This document shows positions 49,801 to 63,000 of a stretch of 64,000 nucleotides of DNA, piece by piece; positions within the stretch are counted from its first letter, which is position 1, and every line of letters starts with the position of its first letter. Made by a program: the position numbers and the translations under genes. The stretch covers positions 72,354,001 to 72,418,000 of the forward strand of contig OZ260663.1 of NCBI GenBank assembly GCA_965285935.1, in the 5' to 3' direction. The notes beneath the pieces were generated by a model. It was not told the origin of the DNA and did no database searches. It saw nothing but the letters and a program-made list of their open reading frames with translations. The DNA is from Ophelia neglecta (lineage: Eukaryota).

Positions 49801-52777
49801 TTGGTGCCCAAAATAGACAACGTCGTAGATCTTGTTCATAATATAATGATGCTGTTATGACCCAATATAACAGTTTCTGGGACTAGATTACTACAGGACT
49901 GTAAAGAAAACCGTCCGGGACAAATCACTGTTCAGAAGGACAACAATAGAGTGGGAAGAGGTGTATGAGTGTTCATAAAAAATAATCGAGCAGCAATCCA
50001 CCATGGGTATGATTTAATCTCACCAGACATTGAAGGAAGTGGAGTGGACATGCCGCTCCAAAAGTACCTTCTAATAAGTTAGTGGGTTCTGTGTTCAGCA
50101 TCCAAAATGATAAAGGCTTTTGGGAACATTTGGATAATGCGCTTATCGATTTCAGATCCTCCCAACACTTACACATGTTTCCATTCAATCTCGATAGTGC
50201 AATCATGCCATAATTATTCCACTGAATATTCTTTCCAGATTTTGATTTTCCTCTTAATATTGAGCAACTAAGGTAAAACTTGTTCATGTGGTATTGTGTA
50301 AAGGTCTATTGAAATTTAGACACTAGTTGGGCATTGTAAAATGGAAGGCACTCCGGCTTTTTCGGAATGGGGATTATCATATATTAATTCATGAATACTA
50401 AAATGTGTTCAATTTTTCAGTTAAGATTTATTTCAAAGGGTTTGTCAAATTGGACCAGGCTAATCAAATTCCCTCTCTTAGCATACATTCTACTTGAAAT
50501 ATCAAAACAAAATCGTTATTTTGCAAAAAGATATCGACCGCTATCTAATCTATGGTGTAAAATAACAAAGAGGCCAAGTAGTCAGCGATCCTCACGCAGA
50601 GTGTTAAAATAGAAAGTCTATGTCGTATTTCGGGTGCCATCATTTCTTCGTGCCGTCATACTGGAACACTACTAGGTCTTTTGCTTCTGCATTAAATATA
50701 AGATATACGAATCTGCATTAACTAGATAATGCGCTTTTTTATTTATGTTCAACAACAAATATGTTCCAATTGTACAACTGCAAGAAACGCAACGTTTAAC
50801 ATATCATTTTCCAATGAAACAAGTGAGCCTATTACGAACTGCTGATCCGAAACTCCCTTGTGGCACAACTAATGATTATCACGTGCAAGTTTATCAGTGA
50901 AAATTGCTTAGATTTTATACACTAATAACAACGCTCTAACCCCATCAATAATAATAGCTAGAACAGTACCAAAGTACTGAGAATGACCTTATAGATTGAA
51001 AAGCTTCCCAAACCCCAGTGACCTGCTCTTAAGCATCAAGTGTTTCTCTGCCTACCTTTGCTGGAGCATCTGAGTACAAAAGCCGATTATGAATGCATAT
51101 GGCTCCTCATTCAAGGAGGATAATGAATACCACGCTGATCAGGCGTTCAGATATTAGTCTCCTCCCCCAACACCCATTCGAAGTATGCATTTTATGTCTC
51201 CATTAGATGCTGACATTGGTTACATTCGTATCTTATGTTATTCAGAGCAATGGGGTTTGGCAATAAGTGTTTTCATTAAAATGCATAGCACGAGGGTGTT
51301 AGGAAGCATTAATATCTACCGATATAAATGTCGTGCTGACAATGAAAGGAATATGAGCTGACAGTGGGCTGCTTTCTTATTTATATCTAGTTAAGTTTGG
51401 GTGATTTAACGGCGCATATTTTAAACTGTGATTAGAGCCACCGTGGAAAATAAATTACCATAGGATTTTAGAAGGGTGAATTTCGATTTCATAGTGATAG
51501 TCATGATTTTGGGAAGCAACAAAGTTCCTTTTATCTTGCAATGACAAGGTGTTATTCTAGATACAAATCGTTAGTCTATGTCGTAGCACCGGAGGGGATA
51601 CATGGCAGACAGATCCAAAATTGGGTTTAAAGGCTTCTCTATTATATCGGTCCAAAAATGAGAGTGGATATCCAGCAGCCAGTTTAAAATCATAAGTCAG
51701 GAGTTGCCCATTATTTCCGTAAGAAAGTTATCGGAGCGGTTAGCTGCAGGCCCAAAATGAATTATAATTTATAAGGAGATTAGGAAATCGCACAATCTTA
51801 TTTACATAGCAAATTCATCCTGCAATTTTTGGATATTCGGGGTTGGACTGGTTTTGGTTTTAGCCTCAGCTGTAATTCATCCTGGGTAATTGAAATAAGC
51901 GAATCCCGCGGATTTCTTGATAAACTATTATACCATAAGTGTTATGCGATTTTTTTCTTGGTTTACGAACATTAGATATTTGACTACGCATATCATCCTT
52001 AGCTGAAAGAGTGTAATTGCTAAATACATTTGTATTGTACTATGTTTTGATGAAGACACAGACTACTTACTACCACTAATATATGGTGGAGTGTATATAT
52101 TTGCTTTAATATTAGGAAACAATTTCCTGGTTATACCTTTATTGACATTAATTGTTTTATATGGAAATATAAAAGTAACCAACCACCCACAACCCCATTC
52201 TCCGATAATAAAAGTGCAAAGCATCATGAACAGAAATAAGAATGGTTAAAAACCATGCGTTCTGTAGATTTAAAGATTTTTAATTCAGGCAGAGAGGGAC
52301 ACCGATGCTTGCAGCATATATATAAAGCTATAACAAAATTACTTGTTCCAACTATTTTTAATCACATATTATTGTTTTGCAGCGGAAGACATTTTGTAGA
52401 CATTTTTTTTGAGGTAACAAGATATTTATTGTTTCTTCCTTGCTTGGAACCATTTGCGATGTCGTGGCCACTAGAGCTAAGTGAGTGGTGGACCAGCATT
52501 AGCACCTCAGAAGTGCTAACTCATCAGCGCCCTGGACATTATATCCTGGCCATTATCGCCATTGTATCAACATTGCTTGCTGATCTATAGAATGCATATA
52601 ATAATGTATCCAACCCAATATAGTAATTAGAAGTGAGCGCACTGGCGATAAGATACGATTCCTCTCGTCGCATCCTTCTAATCATGAATGTATATGATTG
52701 TATGAACAATACTTACTGTCGATGTACATCATTGAACCTCTCCATATTGTACCAATGGTTTCCCGTCGAAGTGTGGA

Positions 52778-52815
52778 TGAACAAGCTTTTCCTGAACAAG
52801 CTTTTCCTGAACAAG
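52778..52815. repeat. 15-bp perfect tandem repeat, 2.5 copies (TGAACAAGCTTTTCC)
   Basis: Directly visible in the sequence. Confidence 0.9.
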
Positions 52816-55800
52816 ATTGCATTGTTTGCTTGGGGTACATACTTATAAATGAGGCAAGAGGTGGTTCCAGGTGTAAAGTTAGGAATACAACATAACAATT
52901 TTGTGCGGCATTGATTCCTTTCCAATTGACCATAACTGTTCGAGATGGTCATGACTTAATTAAAGTATAGATTTATCACATCGTTCTGATGCCTTGAGTT
53001 TTCCCAGTAGCCAACTGTCGCTATGAACACACTGATCAGTACACTCCTAATAGAGAAATTCACAGCCTTACTGCCTACCGACATGTGCCTCCTTTCCAAC
53101 TGCTGAGAACACCAGGACACTACAGAGATGGTCAAGCAAATATTAACCAAAACTCCAGGTATGAGCGAGGTATGGACAGGGACGACGCTTAAGTGAGCGA
53201 TGGGGGAGCCTTTAGAAGGAGGGGAAGAAAATCACCTTAAGTCAATTCCTTACACGGCGTGTCCTTCTTAAAAATACACCGAAATCATAAATCAGAATTC
53301 ATATAGGATATATCAATCTGTTCACTGGCTAATGTTGTGGCCCGTCAGCCTCCCAAGCCTCTATTTTTGTTGAGTTTCGGCAAGTTTCACCACATATTGT
53401 ATTTGGCTCTTGTTTGAGGAATTCGTTATTTCTCATCTGATTCGAGTCCAATTTTCTAATTCGTGTGGTACAGTTATTAAAGCAAAGAAATGTTTTTATT
53501 ATTTTTGCGCAGAAACGATATTTCTCAAAAACCCTTAGGTAGCAGTGTGGGGTAGTAAGCCACCTTCCCTGAATCGTCCGTTTAAGGGTAAAGTTATTTG
53601 CGAAGGATGGTTTGTTTGTGCCAAATTTTAAACAGCTGACTCCTTCGTACAATCCATTGGCCAGTTTCGGACTTCAAACGTCGTTGAATGAGAATTCAGC
53701 CTTAGATCACCAGAGTTATATTAACAGGATACGTAGCTAGGAGGATTGCTAATCGGGCGTCCGACGCCCATAAACACGGACAAAGGCACATGTTTCATGG
53801 TGTGAATGCTGGTAGAATTTGATCGATGGTGATCTATCTCTGTCGCTGACCAGTAACCGAAAGCTGACACTCGACTACGTGTGACTGTCTGATAATTAAT
53901 GTGTTATTTGCGCTTAGTCTTCCTTGCATTTAGTAACATTCAACATGAATGTCTATGTCTTGACATCGGAACCCGTTATCAGAATAATCTGTTCAACCAA
54001 TGTTCCAGTACGTTGGTCTTCCCTAGAAACAATAAAGCATCTAATAAATAACACTATTTGTATTTATACCCGAATAGACTATGAGTTGCAAGGCATCCTG
54101 TGGGTCTCTATGATAGGCTAAAAGATCACGATGACCCATCGGCAACTTCTAATGGTAGGCCTATCATACTTATAGTGATCCCTCTACTATTAAATACACA
54201 AGAAAATTTCTTTCTTTTATTTCATACTTAGGTAACAAGGTCATAATTGACTATAAATATTCCAAAAATTATGTAAATGTGGGCTTACTGTGCCGTACAT
54301 TTACGTTTTGTTTTCAGTTTCAATGCTTCTCATTTTCAACTATGTTTTTTCCAATATATCAAACATTCATATATACTTTTTTATATTGGGAAACAGCTTT
54401 GCAAAGGATATATTGGTCCTCTTGACCCTCAAGTGAAGCATATACAGCCATGTTTTATAGGATAGGTCCACTCCATTCTCCAATTTGACGTCTAGTTGTA
54501 TTGCGCCTACCAAACTCCTCCACTCTAGCTATCACTTTGGTTGGATTTAAAAAATCGCAAATATTTGTCCTAGGTTATCTAGGTAGATTATCTTTTGATC
54601 TCTTCTAGAAGACAGCTCAATCTTCTGGTTCTGTTTATATTACGAATGTTCTTTATAACTGATGAAGGAGGATGAAGGCATCATGCGAATACACGGATAC
54701 AAACGGTATAAATTTAACTATGAGATTTGTGTAGACATATATCACATTAAGGCGTGCAATTCTTTCAAGAATATTTCGATAAAAGCAATGTGGCGTGTAT
54801 ATATACTTTGTGCATTTACTTTCATCAACCATAATCTAAAAGAGAGAATATAATCTAGAGAATCTAATAGGGAGAATATTTCTGGTACTTCATTGCACTA
54901 TATGAGTTTCTACTGGGCACATTGAAAATCGATCTCAGTCTGATGAAGCTTCACACACTGTTGAAAAGTGCAGGTCATTTGATTGTTAACATATAATGTC
55001 CACCCTCTTACGTCGTCACTCTTGGCATTAAGGGTGACATAAATCGATGCCTGTCTTTCATATGCTGGCGTGCCAATAAAATCGCTACGAAATGTACCAA
55101 ATACACACAGAATAATAATGAAAATCTAGGCTTTGTGTGAACAGCGAAAACGAAATGAATGACCAAATACGTGCATAAAAATAGCATTGGGCGTTGTGTA
55201 ATCAGCGTAAATACGACAAAAAATATCCAAAAGTATGAGTTTTGTGTTAACAGCGACAGTGCACGGTATATCAGACAACAGGTTTGTGACTAAACAATAT
55301 TCACTAATAATGTATTAATTTTGTAATTCAAATTTGACCAAACACTTACCCATTTATCTCAATTGTGTATCGAGTATGAATGGGTGCGACAAGGTTAAGA
55401 CTTTAATTCATATAAGTCAATAAATACTAATATGAACCTTCGCTTTCCCCATGGCATTGACTTTCTCCGATTACAAATAGGCCTAACTCTATGCTAGCGT
55501 ATCATGTTACCGTATTTACTTAAAACATCCGATGGTTCGATTACTTATGCGCGGCACAATATGTCTGTTACTATCACCTCAAAGCATACAAGTTTATTAA
55601 ACATCACTGTACTCAAAATAATTCATATATTTGGGGCAATTATCCTGCCACCAGTGCCAATAACTTCACAGTTATTGCTTATAGTAACGAAACTTAACTA
55701 TCACACATTGGGCAAGGGACTGAGTTATCAAAACCCAAAGGGAAATCTTATAATCTGCAGAGGGAAATCTTATAATCTGTTTTTATATCTCTGCGGTCGC

Positions 55801-58800
55801 TGAAGACACTGGCTTCAGTTTTGGCTGTCTCCCTGGTAAAGGTATTTCATGCAGCCTATTGACTGGCAAGGCACTGGCCTTGCATAAGCAAGAATGGAAC
55901 TCAATCAGCCTTGATCATGCCCGTGGCGTGTTTTAGCCAATTGGCATCGTTTTTCATCTTCTGTCACCCGGCCAGAGCAAACATTCATTTACTTTGGCAA
56001 ACTCCGAGGCCCGAAAACCTAACAAACCCTTTGTGATAGTGGGTTTTGCAAACTCCATCAGTCATAGCAATGAGTTATTGTTTTTTGCTCACGAACAATA
56101 CGTTCTCAGGCTTTTAAAATACCAATCAATACGCATGAACATCGTTCGAGACTATGATCTATGGACTCGGAGAAACAAGATATATAACGATAAAGTACGT
56201 ATAATTATGCCATACAAAGCCGACTAATACACTTTTATGTGACACATATCAAGTTCCTACAGAGTTATATTCCTGGCGTTGTCACAATAAAAGCACAGAC
56301 ACAAGATAATACGGCCAATCTTCTTCTTGTACTGAGTATCGCAGACTGAAAGTTTTTTGTTTTGTTGTTTGTGTATCACAATTTGTTCATCAGAATATTC
56401 AAAACCTAAACTGACATTGCTTACAGCAGTGCTATGACAGTTTTGAACGAGTAGAAGGTATACACTCATGATTACATTGATCAATTATTTGGCTAGCCGG
56501 CTCAACTGAATCATGCGCACACGTTAGCTCCATCAAATACATTTTTTTATGTAGTTACAAAGTGCTTTGCCCTTTCCAAGCCAGTGTACTGTAATATCTT
56601 CTGAAAACAGATACGAGCTTGTGGCATTCTGCACCCAGCTCATAACTCTGTCTACTCGCTCCGCTGGGACAAGACAAGGCGGCCAGTAACCGTGATTGTC
56701 CGCTTGTCCTCTTTATCCTTTCAGTCACTTTGTCAATCCAAGCTATAATCTAAGCTTCCGAAAATTGGATTGTTTTTCCCAATGGCACATTGGACCATGA
56801 AAACGTACATACATACCAACGTGGCGCCTTTTAAGACACGCATCGATCGTTGGGGGCATGCTGCTTTCGAATTACAATTCCTTTGGCGTATTGTTCTTTC
56901 GGACACTTGTTTCATAACTAAACACTGGTGGAAACATTGTTCAACATTTTTAACATATTGTTAATTTCCTTTATTATGTTGAAATAAGTTGTTCTGTACA
57001 TCTTTGAAAAAGGTGCATGTCATTGTTTTAAGTTGAAAACTAACTGTCAATTAGAAATATAATCATTTTTTTATCCGAAAAAAAAAAAATACATTGGTGC
57101 ATTGTAGGCATATATTTCAACTGTATTTCCTGTGGTTTTCAAGCAATGGCGTCGCCAGTTTCCGGTATAATTTGGCCACGATGACTTGGGGGCATCGCCC
57201 ATAACACTTATAAATGAAATGTAGTCTATAGCTTGGCGTCCATGATTCACTGCAGCAGGTAACAATGTTAGGCTTACACTTCATGGGGCCATCAAATGTA
57301 ACAAATCGAGTCATCACATCGACACAGCCCTAACCTAAAGTGAGTAAAAGGGCTCGACTGCTCTACAATCCATCAAGCTCAGTATGAAATATTGGCGGCG
57401 AGAACGCTTCACTCTTGTAATCTCTCAAATCTGCCCTGTTAAACTTGAATGGCAGTTGGTTTTGTTTATGAGCAGACGTAATCCCTATTGTGCAATTTGT
57501 TCGTTAGAAGTCAATAATACTTGAGACTTCCTGGCCGCATCTATTTATTGTTCAGCCGCACGTTTGGCTAAACTGGCCAATGTTGGTTTAGCCAACGCTG
57601 TCAAAAAATACGAAAATCAAAAGCGCACACTTCTATGATAACCAGTTAATATTAGATAATATTCTTATGTGTTTCAAATAAGTGATGGGATAGCGTTGAA
57701 TGGTTTAATTGTGAGTATTAATGCAGAGGATTTTGTACTTGTCAAATCTGTATTTTTTCATTTACTGCTGTTGAGGTGATTACCTCCGACCACGGTTTAA
57801 TTAAATATGATATTAAATTACATGCATGCAGTGAGAAATTAGTTAGAAAAAAGTTAAAAAGAGAAGTATTTTTTTTTATAAAAGAATGCCAATTGAGGGA
57901 ATAACTAACCCATTCTGCCTAGGTGAACTACGGTTATCCTGAATTATGAGGGTTTAAATAACGGGAGGATTTCCTAACGGGAAGGGTATCTAAGCTAAGT
58001 CAAGATTGTTGTAGCACCGTAGCACCGCGCGGAATACTCTGGCCCACCGTCTAGCTCGGTTTTCATTATAAACGCCCAGTCTTGTTGATACCACTGGTCA
58101 CTAAACAACAATATCGTCTTTGATTTGATGACAGAACGGGTTTATTCAGATGATACGATATATGTCATTTGTTGCGTTCAAGCCAGCTATAGGCCTACGT
58201 AATCCGACTACACTGCGAAACTGTGCAACGTTGCATCTCGCCCATTAGTGGCAAAATATATTAATAAATTAATGGAGACAAATCTGAATTCATTAGTATC
58301 AGCTCAAATTGAATAATTAAAAAAAAATCCTCTAGGATAAAATTTCCAACTACGTGTAAAATTTCCAACTATATGGTGGTGATTACAATTAGGAAGTTAA
58401 TTGCGGAAGATACATTGGTGATACTTTGTCGTTAATTGTGGAATCGCCTTACAGCTGTGACACGAGGTGTTTCAATCATCGTTGTAAAAAACGCCATATT
58501 CAGAATTATCTTCCTCATAATTCGAAATTCCATTGACTGCCTGTAATAAGGCCACAATGTCTTTACACTGTGCTAACTTTATGGCCCATCCTTATCGATC
58601 GTATAGTTCTGGCCTGGCGGTCCCCAGTAAGGACTTGTACTTGTAGACAGAGCTGGATTAGGGCATTTCATGCGGGCGGCCCTATACAACCAGTGTGCTG
58701 TGGAACTCTTCCAGTGAGGTATTCCAAATTTGTTTGTGGCTATCGACAGAGGACACGTCTTACAATGTGGCCCATATTCCTAAAGGCCCAGTCTGCCACA

Positions 58801-59834
58801 GCAATATTGTGCCAAAACTGCAAATTTCCCATAACTAATAATTGTCTCAAAAAATTTCAACTTTGGGTTTGTACAGACGGTTCTCTTTCGCTTTAAATTG
58901 TCAAAAAGAAAAGTCAACCATTTTTTACCCGTCTGATTCTTGTGACAACTCGAAGTGATCATTTCATCGAAAAACCTTGGCAATACTCACTCTGACGGTA
59001 ATCCAATATTAAGGGCTTGCCTCTTAGACTACTGTGTATCTATCTTAGAGCCTGCCTCCCATTAAATGTGACAACCTCGATTAGATGAGTACTCATTAAT
59101 ACAGGTTGTAGCATTGATTGAACTGTCCAGGTGTTATGTTGACCAGTACATCTGTGTGCCAATAGAAGTCTCAGAAATAGCTGACCCAGTTTTATGTTTG
59201 ATGATCGTCAGTTCACAGCAGATCTCTGAGTGGTGTGTGGTTCAGACATATCTTACGACAGAACGTTTATAATGTTATTTTAGTGTTATGTTTTATTAAA
59301 CGTGGCTAGTATTTCCTGCTCCTTTTATTGTACTAATATCAAGTAAATGCATGTGGTCAGCATCATCATCATTTACTTTCAAAAAGGTTAAAGGATACCT
59401 TAGTTAAATCTCACAAGAGAGGGCTTCATCATATATTCTCATATGACACCTATTGCAATAGGTATTTCTTATATTATCTTAGACCACCATTCAGGACATT
59501 CATTTTAGTATGAAAGAATAGTTTATTAGCTTTGATAAACGTCGCCATGCGTGATTTTTATGTACTAAGTGAATTAAATTTATCGCTCAAGGCGCCCGCG
59601 AACAGCCTTGTGTTTTTTATCTATGCCCAAGCAGCTTTCATTAAACTGTACATTAGTACAGCCCAGTCCTCAAATGCTAATAAAGATTAAAAATAAAAAT
59701 GAGAATATTTCCAATTTACGACATAAAACTAATTATAAGGGCTTTGTTACACCCAGGGTTTTTCGGCACTCACAACAGATAGATATCAATCTTGTGTTAG
59801 TAAGTTGCGTTAAACATTGGAATAATATTGCATA

Positions 59835-60005
59835 CAGTGGCGGATGCAGGGGGGGGGGGGGCTGGGGGGCCTGGACCATGGCCTATTTCTGGTCCCACGT
59901 AAGGAGGATTCAGAGGGTTGGTAACATGGTCAATCCAGACATTTGCCTTGTCAGCCTTTGAAAATTTGCCCCCCCCCCCTTCCTGAAATCCTGGATTCGC
60001 CACCG
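59835..60005. mobile_element. Non-autonomous DNA element (MITE) with CAGTGGCGGAT-type termini
   Basis: Left end CAGTGGCGGATGCAGG; the reverse complement of the right end is CGGTGGCGAATCCAGG (13 of 16). A poly-G run inside the left end is mirrored by a poly-C run inside the right end. No clear target-site duplication. Confidence 0.7.
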
Positions 60006-63000
60006 GCCTTCCACACAAATGTGTAAATTACACTACTGAAGAGTACGGGTTTGATCATAACATTAGCAAGAATAACCCCAAGGGCTACACAGGCAAAGTG
60101 ACCTGGCCATCCCCCTAATGAATCCAATTTTGGGAATGGCCGTAAGAAGGGTACACCAATCAAGAATCAACGCCAAATCACCAATTTAACAAACCCAGTT
60201 CAAGTAATATTTGTTAAGAGCCGGAACAATGATATAAGGCACGATAAGTCGATTTCGTTTCATTTTGCTTCGACGTATCTCAAGTTATATAAGACTGAAC
60301 GTTCCCTAAACTAATAGATGCTTTATAATGGGATTGGCATTGGTGGATTCATCCATGGCATTGTATCAAATTATCGCTCCAGGAACTAATGCCAGCCGCG
60401 TATCATGACTAAGATGGATTTGTAAGTGGTCAAAACGTTCAACAGAACAGCCATACAGAAGGCGACGCCGCTTTCAAATTCATAAATTTAAAAACATCAC
60501 GCCTACAAGCTTGTATGTTATTTTAATATTGCTATTGGAAGAAAGCCCTGCAAGGTTTATCAATGTTTTAAGGGCCCCGATCAGATAAGACTAAACAAAT
60601 TTACCTGTAGAATTCTCTTGTAAAGTGCCGCAAAGTGTATTCAGCTCCATCCAAGGATTTATACCAGCTTCCAAAATTGTGTAGAACAGCATTAATCTAT
60701 TTTTTAAAGTTCAGTTTCGTTTATCGAAAGTCTCTGCTTACTAGATTGGTCGACACAGCTTATGACAGAAGGTTGCCCCAATTATCTACTTCGTGAATGG
60801 CTATGATGTCGATGACGCTTACAAGATACATTCTACACTGACGCGCTGCCATTCCTGAAGAGCGCAGTTCTCAATACAGGCTTTCGACATGAAAATATCA
60901 AGATTAACGGCATTATCCGGATATTTGATGCCTCTCTTTATTTCGTTTATAAATGTATAGCCTACGGCCCCGTAGTCTGCCATGAACACTGCTAGTCTGA
61001 TTATTCTCGATGGCTCTGTCTCACTTACTAGAATTATTCAGTGAGACAAACTCACACTAATCAGCCCTTCCTAAGCCTCGGTATAAGGACTCGATGTCTG
61101 CTCTGTCCCGGGTTCTATTTCTGCGTGTGTGTGTGAGATTTTTTATTGCATTTGTTAGCTGGAAATTGAGACAGAACCTTAAAAAATTAAGAAATCCCAA
61201 GTACCGATTGCAAACTAGCCCACACAAATATAACAGCTCGTCAGGAGCGTAGCGTGATTTATCCGTATGTTAAAATAGGACAAGGCTTCTTATAAGAACT
61301 GGGAATATCGAACACGAAAGGCGTATTTAGTTCGTTCAAGCCTCGGATATAACCAAGGACTCCTGACACAAAGATTGCTGAAACAACTGAGGGCCAGGGC
61401 CTGCCTGATAGAACAACACGAAATCGTGTGACGTGTCAGTTTTCACAGCGTGTCACATCGAAAGCAGGGTAGACGTCATCGAATTTTCAGCCATTCATAT
61501 AACTGTAATTCGGGTCACTATCCTGTCATCGTCATTTTAAGTTTGGCCAATATGACCTGGGGTCATTTGACGGTCATCAGCACTTTGATTGCTGACTCTT
61601 AACTAAAAAGAAAATAAAAATCATTCTGCAAAAGTTGGAAGCTGGCATTAATCCACCGCACATCGATTGACCATAAAAGAGCCTTGCGCGTTGAGCAGTG
61701 TCGGTGATGACTCAGTACGATTGACAATCAATCTCAATTTGTAAACTTCAAAATCATGGTGGAGAATCGATTTGTAACACTCATTTATGAGACCAGATTT
61801 TGCTAGCAGTGTTTTGGGGCGCCATGCATGCGGTTGTGCAGAGCAGAGATATTATTTTTTTGACTTAGTCAGAATAAAGCATGCGATAGGAGGCGAAAGA
61901 GTAATAATAATGTTTTCAATGTGCTCAACAACCAATATTCAAATACATATTGGGATTAATTCTAAACCAAGCTATCCTTTACCTTTTTATAATATATGGC
62001 AATAAATTTCATAATGTTATTTTCTTAGCTTGATATGAAGATATAACTGAATAATGAAGTTGACTTTGAATATATCGATAATGCCAAAAGCATAATTTTA
62101 TACACCACCTTCATTCCAAACAAATATTTTGGCTGAAAACCCCAATCCATTTATACATGTTCCCCGGTTTATACTCACCACTTCCTTGTGAATGTCCTCA
62201 AACGGTCTGTTTCAAATATTCGAAATGTTGTATCGTTTCAAGCAACTTGTAGCTACATATATTTGCTATTTATTTTCTCGACGTTTTGACGGGGGTGGGG
62301 TGGGTGATGGGTGGAGTTGGGTGAGATGGCTATTATTTAATATGGAAACAAACTGATTCCTAAACTTAGAATCTTTTTAAGAATATAATCTTACTTTTAA
62401 ACCCGCAGATTTGATGCAACATGTTCCATCTCGTGAAAATTATTATGGAACAAGCATTGAACATGAGCAATATTAAAAGCTCGCGTGGAATAAAATTGTG
62501 ACTCATGCACGCCAGCTAAGAAATAGTGCCCATAATTTATTGAACTAGTAAGGCGATTAGAGTTATAGTCTGCATATTGGGTAGGAAAGCTCAGAGACAT
62601 TATTCTGGCTAACACTCATCCCAATTGACTATTGGATGTTATGGCCGCACGTTGTGATCATAATCCCAGGAGAGCACAGACAATTAGGACTGACATGTTC
62701 TCTCACGCCTCATCGGGAAGGAGCTGGGCATATCATATTGTCATTCTGCCTACTTCCCACCACAAACGAATTCATCACGGCATGATCTCCGCAGTATTTT
62801 AGTGTTGTTTATTAATCGGCATGTTGCTCTTTTTATAATTTTATTGGTTTATTTATAACCCCTACTTTAAGGCTGTAAGAATCTATTTCGCGTGATCATA
62901 TCAATACAAAACATGAATACTCTTAAGACAATAAAATTATCGCAAGAATCATCGTTATTTACCTAACTTCATTGCTTGATTTGCAAATTATTCAGTGAAG

